From the IMG/VR virus record IMGVR_UViG_3300045988_109438: a stretch of 64,000 bases of DNA; one strand, given 5' to 3'. The position numbers were made by a program, and so were the translations under genes. The stretch comes from a virus. Below the pieces are notes generated by a model. The model was not told the DNA's origin. It did not search any database and worked only from the letters and a program-made list of their open reading frames with translations. Of the stretch, positions 19,901-29,343 are shown piece after piece (within the stretch, counting starts at the first letter, position 1; every line of letters begins with the position of its first letter).

Positions 19901-22900
19901 CGAAAGTTATGCCACAAGAATGGAATCCATATACAAAAAGGCTGAAGAAGAATTAGGGTATCCGGTTTCTCAAACAACCAAAGAATACCTTAATGCCCTA
20001 TCCCGGCAAAAACGGATATTGAGGCAGCCTTTTATTGATAGCGGTGGTAATTTTGATGAAGTTGCCTATTTTAAAAGCAGCAATTACGAAGAAGAAGGAC
20101 TGCTTCGTAAACAACGTAAAGAAGCAGCTTCAGAATACATATATGTAGGAACCAGGAGAGTGGAAAAAACCGGCGACCAACTTAAGATGGCCAAAGAAAT
20201 ACAAGCTATAAATGAAGTTTGGAGAAAAGAATCAAATAATGTTACCAATGCCGTATCAGAATCGTTTTTGCAAAAATTAAGAACGATTCAGAGCGAGTCG
20301 GGAGGAGAAGCTGCGCTGAAGACACTTATGTTGGGAGGTCACCTGTCGTTCAATGATCGGTTTTGGAATGAAGTAGAATCGGAACAGTCGGCGCGTACCG
20401 AATCAAATAACAAGGCTTCGTATCTTAAAATGGCGCATGATATCATTAGTTCTACGACAAGTGATAGAGATGCGACTGACGTGGATTCGATTGTGAAAGA
20501 TATAGAAAAAAATAAGGCCATTATCAAGGAAATAATCGGAAACAACCGAGATGTGGCTGATATCGGAGAAATTAACGAAGCGACATTTACCTCATCTGAA
20601 AGAGATGCTTTTAGGGCCGCATCTGAAGCTATTGAAGCTGATTACGCTATCTTAATAGATTATGCTAAGATGGTGGGTCTTGAAGATATTGATAAGTACC
20701 TTACTAAAAGCAGTAAGGCCGAAAACGAAGTAAATCAGTCTTATTTAAATGCTCTTGCTGACTCCAAGGAAGTGGAATGGAAGTTCGTACAACGTCATAC
20801 TACGGCGAAGAAAGCAAAAAGGATTCAGGCTTTAAGGGATAAGCTGTTTAAGGCTGCTGATAACCGATATCTGTTTACCGTATCTGAAACCAACTACCTG
20901 TCAGAAAAGCTTGGTATAAGCAAAGAATTAGACGGTAGAGATTTTAGGAATGCTGTCAATACTAAGATGGCCAGCTTGTTTTTAAATAACACAAGAGAAT
21001 CAGGTATAGAAGAGGCTAATGCTATTGTTAATGAATTTGCCAGAAGTCAAGTCTTTTCATATTACAAACGCATGACTCCTACCGGATATGCGGCTATGCT
21101 TGGTAAAATAGGTCGAGGTGAGATAGACGTGGCACAGATGGTTAAAGACGTACAGAACGGGACATCCACACAAGATTATGGTATGAATATATCGTACCTG
21201 TCTTTCGACCCTGCAAGAGCGTGGGTGGCTGAATCTGAAGCTGAAAATAGCGGTCGTAACCCAGATTATGTAAAAGATCATGGGTATGGTTATCGTATGC
21301 CCAAGAAGAGCCTGTATCGTGATGAATCGTATTTCAATGACTTCGGCATTAGATATGATGCTGATGGTAATGAGATTGCTACTAAAAACGTAGAGCAATG
21401 GAATATGATTCAAAAACTTAAGGAAATAAAAAGACAATCCCTTTCCTTATACAAAGAGCAGAGCCCCAATTTGTATGCTATTCCACAGATATCCAAACAA
21501 GATATAGAACGTATGGAGGGATTGGGTATCAACTTCAAAAATACGGTTCGTAATTTTGTATCAGATCTCTGTCTGGACAGAGTAGACGATTCTCTATACG
21601 GTAAAACCAGACAAGGGGAAGTATATGATCCAGAAGATAGGATTAGGTCTATACCTAAATACTACATATATGAATTAGAGAACCAAGATGACGTATCTCA
21701 TGATTTTGGTTATTCTTATTCGATGCTTATGATGCAATCATCGTTATACAACGAAAAGCAGAAGTCTATAGAGCTTGCCCAAGGACTGGAGCAGATGTTA
21801 CTGAATAAGCAATTTGAAGGCGGTAAGAAAGCTGAGGCAACTCAAGCATACCAGATGTTTAGAGACTTCTTTAATGACCATTATTATGGCATTAGGATGA
21901 ACACCAAGAAACTTACGGTTAACATCGGTGGATACACGATAGATCTTACAAGAATTATGATGGCCGTTGAAAGATTTATGTCGGTCATGAACTTAGCGCT
22001 GTCTCCGTTTGTGGCAGCTACCGGCGCCCTGACAGGTCATATCAACCTCATCATGGAATCTGCCGTAGGACAGTATATAAGCAAAGACTCCCTTAAATAC
22101 GCATCGGCTGAGTTTTCACGTCTTGCGCCATCTTGTATAGCAGAAACCGGAGACATAGATAGGAAAAGCAAATTATATGTCATAGGTGAGAGAATGGGGA
22201 TATTCAATATCCGAAATCGTATGTATGGTGCCGGATACAATAGAGCGGCCAGGACCTTAATGCGTTCGCCTATGTATGCTTTTATGGAAATCCTGAACTA
22301 CCCTCTTGATCCGCAGGTTATGATTGCTACTATGGACAATGTTCGTTATTACAAAGGCCGGTTCTACACGTTCCAAGATTTCAAGATGGAAAAAGAACGC
22401 AATAAAGAACAGAGTACCATAAAAAGAGAATGGAATGCATTAAAAGATCGTACTTTATGGAGTATGGTAGACGTCGTGGATGGAAAGGTGGTTGTAAAGC
22501 CGGGATCGGGTGTTACTGTTGAGGAAGTTGAAACCCAGATGGCTATAACCAGGAATCAAGTCCGTAGCTTGTCGCAGATATGTAACGGATCTTTGAATGA
22601 AGAAAACCGAACTGCCGCATCGCGCAACTGGATAGCCAGGTTCATGACCGCCCACCGAGGCTGGCTGGTGCTGGCAGCTCAGCGTCTGTGGAAAAGACGT
22701 GGCTTCAATTTCCAGACAATGCAAGAAGAGGAAGGGTTGTCAATTACGTTAAAGAATATGATAGCCAAAACATTTAGCCTGGCTTCCGAGTCTGGTATGA
22801 AAAACATCATAGATGCCTGGAACGAAAATAAAGACAATATGAATGAGGTAGAAAAAACTAATCTCAAACGCCTCAGTGTCTATGCCGGCACGTTCCTTAT

Positions 22901-23336
22901 CATGCAGGCCGTATCTATGCTTCTTGCCGGATGGCGTGATGATGATGAAAACGAAGAAAGTTGGCTTACTCAATTTGGATCCTATGTCGGATTCAGAACC
23001 ATAAACGAAATAGCTTCACAGATGCCGTTTATTATGGAGCTTAACGTGGTAGATATCATTAACGATCCGTTTGTTATGGGGCGAAAACTGAAGGATCTTA
23101 CCGATCTTAGGAATTATTCACTTGATAAAGTAACATCCGGTGCATACAAGGGAGAGTCTAAGTTATTTAGGCAACTCGCCAAACAGACGTTTATCAAACA
23201 ATGGTATAATATCAAGACGCCGGAAGACGTAGCGCGCGCCTATAATTGGTGGCAGCAGACGAACAACAAGTCAATGATGTTCTTCATCGGCGCTACTCCT
23301 GATTCGGAAGGAGACGATGACGTTAGTTACAAATAG
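16914..23336 (+). CDS. giant virion protein (2140 aa); C-terminal region with hydrophobic helices - tape-measure/ejection-protein candidate
   Basis: 6.4 kb uninterrupted ORF; coiled-coil rich middle; predicted TM-like segments near residues ~1700-1950; no DxDGD RNAP motif found. Confidence 0.7.
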   Translation: MVSTCIIKRDNKKKVVSVSTRSGDRSMLFDKIASIPLMENRERATTVFKTVFSNKFLKDFGDWRKRVPINKPAYNKVKSNIDLIPEAYRERVLDKASKMSNPILVSKSDAPYGIRESGFGFYSQDLGDNIMLVDAMVPSSISVPEGPGIDAGQYLQDAISSDFTPVSMVQDKGVNYMVIKDGLKIFSPEELPQTDSNPVGVTYHTGEPRLFFMNDRSQLFEDYGEALRSGGNDIRIGFLSGTVQESAVDGVADITYKAGKYVLNNPKSFIPVMTASASTSLSTKGGIINYLIKKGLLSGSKIFDPETRSYYITGEGHTGQIRLFNSALSYTELRNHFGSDVSMNDQGMITINSLDNSKVTMRLATGGTERVSKEQIKSDLKSGRYNELDAKYDHFDALVVSFILEDNDLYADTKAKIVSDYSQEERNQRNSIVEILKTLGVSVVGMTDYIEKYQTKYGHEPSAKALADIANNVIAVGEDATLSDLVEETAHFLVEAYRDQNAVESVLQDVEGTEEWNQYAGQYYNTYGKVYEGSELDNAVRREILGKILAREMQTGTAQAPVEPTSFLGRVRQLFSGIVSWLKSALSTQRQDLNNVIKNIRDLAITDIDKGFDTSLLKDNDFTLYSLSSMNKNKFLESKILALRKTLRDLRQISSDRAVTTSMALAQLKTIEDKINKVETEIDKNEMAAAMNSMISTAEAQVRYLSNVVNTILHGDTKDGKLHFNTNDRKNVDIINNQVLPIMNDLRGYIRNRSTEFDEREKQDYTNRINTVIADINGIQSDIKSVQDLDESTLLDKLMNELHVPADKVKRVKEFFDKVQHDVSWISRWFGILEHSSSPFNNALGAMIAKDNYNAMVNAQPAISDFLAYAKKHGFNKSEFEKLLQKVDGKTSNYLRSALDMAKYDRNKKLAQMRAFATAMNIEISEEEIGDVVDNNRNYVFKREVVDKDGNTVTENAKFKPSSDRVNTDIFTIEQEKIYTEQMEKWDAENSELEFSESYATRMESIYKKAEEELGYPVSQTTKEYLNALSRQKRILRQPFIDSGGNFDEVAYFKSSNYEEEGLLRKQRKEAASEYIYVGTRRVEKTGDQLKMAKEIQAINEVWRKESNNVTNAVSESFLQKLRTIQSESGGEAALKTLMLGGHLSFNDRFWNEVESEQSARTESNNKASYLKMAHDIISSTTSDRDATDVDSIVKDIEKNKAIIKEIIGNNRDVADIGEINEATFTSSERDAFRAASEAIEADYAILIDYAKMVGLEDIDKYLTKSSKAENEVNQSYLNALADSKEVEWKFVQRHTTAKKAKRIQALRDKLFKAADNRYLFTVSETNYLSEKLGISKELDGRDFRNAVNTKMASLFLNNTRESGIEEANAIVNEFARSQVFSYYKRMTPTGYAAMLGKIGRGEIDVAQMVKDVQNGTSTQDYGMNISYLSFDPARAWVAESEAENSGRNPDYVKDHGYGYRMPKKSLYRDESYFNDFGIRYDADGNEIATKNVEQWNMIQKLKEIKRQSLSLYKEQSPNLYAIPQISKQDIERMEGLGINFKNTVRNFVSDLCLDRVDDSLYGKTRQGEVYDPEDRIRSIPKYYIYELENQDDVSHDFGYSYSMLMMQSSLYNEKQKSIELAQGLEQMLLNKQFEGGKKAEATQAYQMFRDFFNDHYYGIRMNTKKLTVNIGGYTIDLTRIMMAVERFMSVMNLALSPFVAATGALTGHINLIMESAVGQYISKDSLKYASAEFSRLAPSCIAETGDIDRKSKLYVIGERMGIFNIRNRMYGAGYNRAARTLMRSPMYAFMEILNYPLDPQVMIATMDNVRYYKGRFYTFQDFKMEKERNKEQSTIKREWNALKDRTLWSMVDVVDGKVVVKPGSGVTVEEVETQMAITRNQVRSLSQICNGSLNEENRTAASRNWIARFMTAHRGWLVLAAQRLWKRRGFNFQTMQEEEGLSITLKNMIAKTFSLASESGMKNIIDAWNENKDNMNEVEKTNLKRLSVYAGTFLIMQAVSMLLAGWRDDDENEESWLTQFGSYVGFRTINEIASQMPFIMELNVVDIINDPFVMGRKLKDLTDLRNYSLDKVTSGAYKGESKLFRQLAKQTFIKQWYNIKTPEDVARAYNWWQQTNNKSMMFFIGATPDSEGDDDVSYK

Positions 23337-23550
23337 ACGAAGAATATCGGACTTGCATTGTTTTTGTATGATTCCAATATGTTATATTAGCATCGTCAAA
23401 GAGTAGATTGTACGTTTTTTTGTTCTTACTTGAAAGATTATGTAGGTTTAATTTTTTCTGAAATTGTTTTCTTACCGGTTCTCAGTCAGAGATGATAGAG
23501 AACCGGTTTCTTTTATGTTGTCAATTATTGCTATCTTGCAAACAAAAATC

Positions 23551-23949
23551 ATGAGACGAAGATTTCAAATAGGGATGGGGGTAAATCCCTCGCTTATAAT
23601 CAATAAAGGCATATACATCCAACATGTAGATGGAGGATTATATACAAAAGAAAATTGGTCTAATAAAGGATATTCCAATGATCTATGCAATGGAATAGCT
23701 CTTGTAGATAAAGTGTGTTTTGTTATAGCCACCGAATATATTGGCACATTTAGTTGGGGTAAGGATGGAGAAATAGACAATATATTTGCACAAGATAGTT
23801 CTCATATGGGAACTATTAAAAAGGATTATTGGGGGCGTGAAAATCAGAATGCGTATCTTGAATATGATACCAGTAATACAGATTACGCTTTTAATAAAGC
23901 TAATAGCTATGGTAATTATATACAAGTTTACACCTGTAATATTAGTTAA
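23551..23949 (+). CDS. hypothetical protein (convergent with tnpB B, 8-nt overlap)
   Basis: ORF with ATG at 23551 (MRRRFQIG...). Confidence 0.4.
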   Translation: MRRRFQIGMGVNPSLIINKGIYIQHVDGGLYTKENWSNKGYSNDLCNGIALVDKVCFVIATEYIGTFSWGKDGEIDNIFAQDSSHMGTIKKDYWGRENQNAYLEYDTSNTDYAFNKANSYGNYIQVYTCNIS

Positions 23950-25153
23950 TAAATTTCTTAACCGGGTTATACCCAAACCCTGTATAGGGTGGCATTACTG
24001 CATCCCCTTTTACTTTTCTCATAATATTATAACTTCCGTTGACATCAGCGTTTAACAACACACCGTCTTTTGTCCTAAAGATTCCTCTTTTCAACCTTTT
24101 ACCAACGTAAGTATTATGATGACATACTTTCTCCAAATCATAAGAACTGCATTTTGACGTATGAGACTCATTTACTACAAAGAATCTTAGTCCTTGTCTT
24201 TCTGATTTGTACTTTAACATTGATATAAAATCACCAAATGGGATAAAAACAAAATTCTGGTTGCTTCTCTTACCTATATTAACTTCCTGTTTCCATCCGT
24301 CATTATGACCTACTATCAATGTAGTTATATTATCTTCAACACAAATATCTATGATTTTTTTACTTGCTTTATGAAGATAATCCCTTACCTTGCTATTTCT
24401 TTTTCTTGTTAAAGACGCTAACCGTCTCGAATTTTTCTTGCCATTTACTTTCTCCAATTTACTTTGTAAAAACGAACGTTTCTTATTATAATATTGATTG
24501 ATGGATTTCAATTTTCTTCCATCTATCAATACCGGTTTGTTACTAACGTTAGTAACAACAGAAGCAAGGTTATTAACACCTAAGTCTATAGACATTATCC
24601 TATTGTTGTCAACTTTCTGTTCTTTACAACAAGATTCGTAAACTAATTCAATAACATAACATCCTTGTCTTGGTATTATCCTAACTTGTTTAACACTACC
24701 TTCTTCACACTTTGTTTTTAAGGGAGGTAGTCCTTCTTTCTTAGGGAAATAAATATATTCACCTCTATGCCGTATTTGGGCATAAGAATAGTTAAAAACA
24801 TTCCTGCCCTTTACCTTGTCCTTGTACTTAGGGAACTTAGGACATCCTGTGAATTTCTTGTTATCCCTTTTCCAAGCCTTAATAGAAGAGAAATAAGATT
24901 TTAGATTCTTATCTAATCCCATCAATATCTGTTGTGAAGAAGATCCACTTAATGCCCTGAAATCAGGATTGTTTTCAGATACCATTTTCTTGTTAAGATC
25001 CGTACATCTAATCCACTTTCCTGTATTAAGGAACTCTTGTTTGATAACATAAAGTCCAGCATTATACAGGTTCTTTGACAAGAAACAGATACGATCTAAC
25101 ATCTTATATCTCCTATCACCTTGGGTAATTATATGTTGTTCTACCAAATACAT
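23942..25153 (-). mobile_element. tnpB: TnpB-like nuclease (IS605 OrfB family), copy B
   Basis: SIDLGVNNLAS, NESHTSK, NADVNGSYNI; shares LKSINQYYNK block with copy A. Confidence 0.8.
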
Positions 25154-25157
25154 GCTG

Positions 25158-25194
25158 CAAATATAAATAGAATATTTTAAATACGCTATTTATA
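25158..25194 (-). repeat. perfect 11-bp inverted repeat AATATAAATAG...CTATTTATATT between lipoprotein gene and tnpB B
   Basis: Read directly; could be terminator or IS left-end subterminal hairpin. Confidence 0.5.
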
Positions 25195-25419
25195 TTTTAC
25201 GATCTTAACAGAATCTCCGATATTGTATTCCCCTTGGTGTCCAACGAATTTTATAAACCTATTATTTTTAAATATTGAAACTCTTCCGTCTTCACCATAA
25301 TACATCACATATCCATCCTGTAAAGGACATAGATCATATATAACCCATCCTTCATTAACCTGATCATCATGCGAACATGATGATAACACAAGTGCCATCA
25401 ATAAAACAAAATACCTCAT
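25186..25419 (-). CDS. small lipoprotein (signal peptide MRYFVLLMALVLSSC lipobox)
   Basis: Hydrophobic N-terminus followed by L-S-S-C; start at internal Met preferred. Confidence 0.5.
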   Translation of the reverse strand: MRYFVLLMALVLSSCSHDDQVNEGWVIYDLCPLQDGYVMYYGEDGRVSIFKNNRFIKFVGHQGEYNIGDSVKIVKYK

Positions 25420-25497
25420 ATTGTTTTCAAAATAAAAATTTGTAATCATCATAGTACAGCTCGGAAAGAACATCTTCTACGTACCCATCTAAGTAAT

Positions 25498-26211
25498 TCA
25501 TGATCGTTCCTCCTTATTTTTAGATTCTGCCTCTTCGAGTATGCTAATTACCTTATCGACAATATTCGAATCAGACATTTTCTCAATAAAAACATCCATC
25601 GCCTTAGTTATGTCATTGGCTTCTTTTTCCTCAAGAGCTATTTCCCCACCGGTAATAGCATCAGATAATGATGTAGATAAGTGTCTTATCTTATCAATGC
25701 TCATAAACGTAAATGGATTACCACCTTGACCCCCACCCATTTCTTTCATGATCTGATATCCACCTGAGATAAGTCTGCCTGATGTCGTGGCCAAGGAGGA
25801 TACGATTCGGGACAGTACCGCCGCTTCCGTCCACTCCTCGGACACACCCCTCGACCACACGGCTGCCCTTATAGCGCCGGCCAGGTCGTCTATGTATGGC
25901 ATGAGGCAATCCTCCATCGCTTGTGTTATATCAGCTATAACCTCACTACGCTCTTTATTTATGTAGTAGATAGAAGCATTGTACCTCTTTATCTCTTTGT
26001 CCATATCATTTAAAAGACGCTTGATATTGTGCTTATACATAGGACTGGTTTTAATTATTTCCTTTAGTTTAAGAATGTAATTATAAGCCTGGTCGTTTAC
26101 GAATAACGTCATGGTCTCAACCGTTGAATGAAGCGTGTTAAGACTGTTAAGAATCTTATCGAAATTGTTTATCAAATAAGCTTTCCTGGCTTTTGCCGCG
26201 TAATTAATCAT
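25498..26211 (-). CDS. hypothetical protein
   Basis: ORF. Confidence 0.5.
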   Translation of the reverse strand: MINYAAKARKAYLINNFDKILNSLNTLHSTVETMTLFVNDQAYNYILKLKEIIKTSPMYKHNIKRLLNDMDKEIKRYNASIYYINKERSEVIADITQAMEDCLMPYIDDLAGAIRAAVWSRGVSEEWTEAAVLSRIVSSLATTSGRLISGGYQIMKEMGGGQGGNPFTFMSIDKIRHLSTSLSDAITGGEIALEEKEANDITKAMDVFIEKMSDSNIVDKVISILEEAESKNKEERS

Positions 26212-26734
26212 CGCATTTAAATTTTAGATTTTCAAGTTCATTCAATTGTTTCTTAGTAGACTCGATCAGGTACGCTCTCCGTTCCTCTGCATGTTTTAAA
26301 GCTTCTTCTTTGCTCTCAAAAGCATCCATTCCTATTTCATAAGGAGTGAACCTATCAGGGATGTTGGCTAACAAAAGACCGCCGTACTCTTCTATTTTAG
26401 CTTTTACTTTTCTTATTATACCGTCTCTCAGGCACGCATCCGTAACCCATATAAATCTATCACATTCTTCTAATTCCCTTTCGTACAATTCATACCATTT
26501 CGGCTTAGGGAATCTTAATGTGAATCTAATTTCGGTATCTTTCTCTAAGACATTAATATCATACGCCTCCGGCCACAGTTCTTTTATACTGTCTTCGTCT
26601 TCAGCATACGCCACCAATACAAATGAATTACTGGATTCTGCGCTACACCAATACGGGTATTTTATAGGCCATTTGACTGGACGGTAATCATTGTCACAGT
26701 CATCCTTTCTAATGTGAAATCTTGCTCTGATCAT
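26204..26734 (-). CDS. hypothetical protein
   Basis: ORF. Confidence 0.5.
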   Translation of the reverse strand: MIRARFHIRKDDCDNDYRPVKWPIKYPYWCSAESSNSFVLVAYAEDEDSIKELWPEAYDINVLEKDTEIRFTLRFPKPKWYELYERELEECDRFIWVTDACLRDGIIRKVKAKIEEYGGLLLANIPDRFTPYEIGMDAFESKEEALKHAEERRAYLIESTKKQLNELENLKFKCDD

Positions 26735-26735
26735 A

Positions 26736-27044
26736 TTATTCTACTTTTTTGATTTCGCTCAAATCGTCTTCATACACCAAATAAGATCCTCTTCCAGGTC
26801 TTCCTTCTTTATTGGGTGCCTGGATCGTAAATATAACTGTTCCAGTACTCATGATTTGAACGCTCTTGAAGAAACCAACAAGAGATTCTTTCGAACGTTT
26901 GTAAAGAACGCTCACTTTATCTCCCTTCTTGAATCCATAAACAGAATCGAAATAATCCTTTTTAATTCTTTCAATATTACTTCTGTGTTTGTCCATTGCT
27001 TCAAACTCGTCGTCTAACAGACGAATCATTTGTTCTTTTGTCAT
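26736..27044 (-). CDS. hypothetical protein
   Basis: ORF. Confidence 0.45.
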   Translation of the reverse strand: MTKEQMIRLLDDEFEAMDKHRSNIERIKKDYFDSVYGFKKGDKVSVLYKRSKESLVGFFKSVQIMSTGTVIFTIQAPNKEGRPGRGSYLVYEDDLSEIKKVE

Positions 27045-27598
27045 TTCTTTTCCTCCTTATTCAATGGTATTAATCCTTTTCCGTGCTTATCATACCACAG
27101 CATAGCTATACAATTCCACGCACATTGTGCAAGATGAAAACACCCTGTATCTGAGTCTATTCTTTCTCCTTTCATGTATTCCATTAGGTGTCGAAATATT
27201 GCAGCACGATACCGTTCAATGCCATTGTCAAGATTCTGCCAAGTATTAGGACCGTACTTTTTGGCTCCGGCATGATAGACTTTTACAATGTCCTCAATCT
27301 CTTCCATTGGAAGCAAATCCCATCGTAGTTTATCATCAATGATGTCATTTTTCACCGATTTGTTTTCTATGGGGTCTTTGGTAAGAATAATATCCATAAT
27401 ATCCGTTTCTATGACGAACGTCTCCCCATTACAACAAACCTCAGCATATTTATCATTTACTTCTATGTCTGATACTGCCTCCGCTATAGCTCCTTTGGCT
27501 ATTTTAAATTCTGCACTGATTATATCATCTTTCAATATGCGAAAAATAGATCCTTTTGGATAAAGGATATTTTTAGTATTATCATCCATCTTTTCCAT
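27041..27598 (-). CDS. MazG-like dATP/dGTP pyrophosphohydrolase-domain protein
   Basis: RWDLLPMEEIEDIVKVYHAGAKKYGPNTWQNLDNGIERYRAAIFRHL resembles phage dNTP pyrophosphohydrolase N-terminal domain (RWDLLP...KYG..NW...R...RH). Confidence 0.5.
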   Translation of the reverse strand: MEKMDDNTKNILYPKGSIFRILKDDIISAEFKIAKGAIAEAVSDIEVNDKYAEVCCNGETFVIETDIMDIILTKDPIENKSVKNDIIDDKLRWDLLPMEEIEDIVKVYHAGAKKYGPNTWQNLDNGIERYRAAIFRHLMEYMKGERIDSDTGCFHLAQCAWNCIAMLWYDKHGKGLIPLNKEEKK

Positions 27599-27650
27599 TG
27601 CTTTATCGTTGTTTTACCTCATTTCGATAGCAATATAATCCATCTTCGTC

Positions 27651-27938
27651 TTATACCCTATCATTTCTGTTTTTCTCAAAATACTGTTTTACGGCTTCAA
27701 TCGCCTTATCGTCATCAAAAGCCTCTACAAACCCCTCATAGAATCTATTTCGCTCCATAGAGAACGTATTGCTTCCATCCGGAATGGTTCTGAACACAAC
27801 TACCTTCTCTCCATCTACGTTCGTTCCTATGATGTTGTTATGGAGAATAATAGAATACCGCCCAGAGTTTTTGTTCTGGACGACACTATGTTCGAGATTG
27901 TAGAGTCTAAGTAGTTCTCTTATTTCTTTTACTCCCAT
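27651..27938 (-). CDS. hypothetical protein
   Basis: ORF. Confidence 0.45.
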   Translation of the reverse strand: MGVKEIRELLRLYNLEHSVVQNKNSGRYSIILHNNIIGTNVDGEKVVVFRTIPDGSNTFSMERNRFYEGFVEAFDDDKAIEAVKQYFEKNRNDRV

Positions 27939-27980
27939 GTTATGAAAAATATTAAATTCAATAAAATCTATTATGTTTCT

Positions 27981-29237
27981 TTATAAGTTTCCGGATATAT
28001 TCATTTTGTAAAATACATTCGTAATCCTTACCGGGTTAAACAATAACCCTCTATCGATTATCCTACGAATTGATTCACAGGAATCACCGACTACTTTTCT
28101 CATAATGTTTAATGCTCCATTTATGTCTGCATTTATGAGTTTTCCTACCGAGGATTGAAACAATCCTCGGTTCTTCCTCTTTCCTAAATAGTTTTCATGT
28201 TTTCCTATCTTCTCAAATGCTAATGAATCACATTTTGAAGTATATGACTCTTCATGAATAACTATTTCAATACCAGCTAATTCACATTTATATTCTAAGT
28301 AACTCACCAATCTCGCAAAAGGGATTTGTGTGAATTTCTGGTTATTCCTTTTTCCCATATTCACATTCTGTTTCCATCCCTTGTTATAGCCTACAACTAA
28401 TTTTGTTATCTTAGAATCGACAAGCAAATCAACTATCTTTCTACTGATTTTATGAAAGACATCTTCTATGTACTGTTCCCTATCATAATATAATTTCTTT
28501 ATTCGCTTTGTTATTCCTTTTATCTTTTGTAAATCCTTGATACTATTTAATTTAGCAAGTGTTTTATTAAATAATTGATTGTATGATTTAACAAATTTAC
28601 CACTAAACAAAACAGTAAAATCCTCACTTACTAATGTTGCAAGATTATCAATCCCTAAATCGATTGAAGCAACTTTCTCTTCCCTACATTTAGATACTCC
28701 AGTATCTTTTACCTCATAAATGATTTCTATTTTATATCCACACGCTAATGGTTTTATTCTAATCTGTTTGAAATCTTTTATCAAATCAGAATACTTTTCA
28801 TATTGAGGAATACTTATTGAAATATCTTTTGATAGGATTATTTTTCCATCTTTTATTTTGCAACTCTGATTCGTGTAATACAAATTAAATTCAGATCCTC
28901 TTTTTCTATAACTTGGAAGGCCTGGTTTTTCCCTATACTTATTATAATTTTTCTTGTAATCTTGGACCGATTTGTAGTAACCTTTAATGTTTTTATCAAG
29001 AATACGAAGAATTTGTTGTGAACATTGCGCCTTTAATAATTTGTAATTAATATCTCCATCCAAATTCTTGGTATTTTTCATGATAGCATCAAGTTCAAAA
29101 TAGGACAACCACTTATCTTCTTTAGAAAGTGTTTCTCTGAAAATATACAATGCCTGATTGTACAAGTTGTTGCTAATCTTGCATAAAGATGATATATTTT
29201 CATTTTGTCCTATGTTAAACTTATATACTAATCTCAT
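27981..29237 (-). mobile_element. tnpB: TnpB-like nuclease, copy C (most divergent; zinc-finger cysteines largely lost)
   Basis: SIDLGIDNLAT, EESYTSK, NADINGALNI; only one Cys where CxxC...CxxC expected; embedded between early genes with ~40 nt spacers. Confidence 0.75.
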
Positions 29238-29343
29238 GATTTTTAATACATTAAATGCTATTTACAAACCATACATCTAAGATACATATTCCATTTATAT
29301 TACAGAATAGAATCAATTATTTTTAATGTTATTTTACATTATA

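Noticed and set aside
16914-23336. Giant 2140-aa protein as crAss-like virion RNA polymerase
   Set aside because: No DxDGD / NADFDGD-type motif could be found by eye; retained only as structural/ejection candidate.
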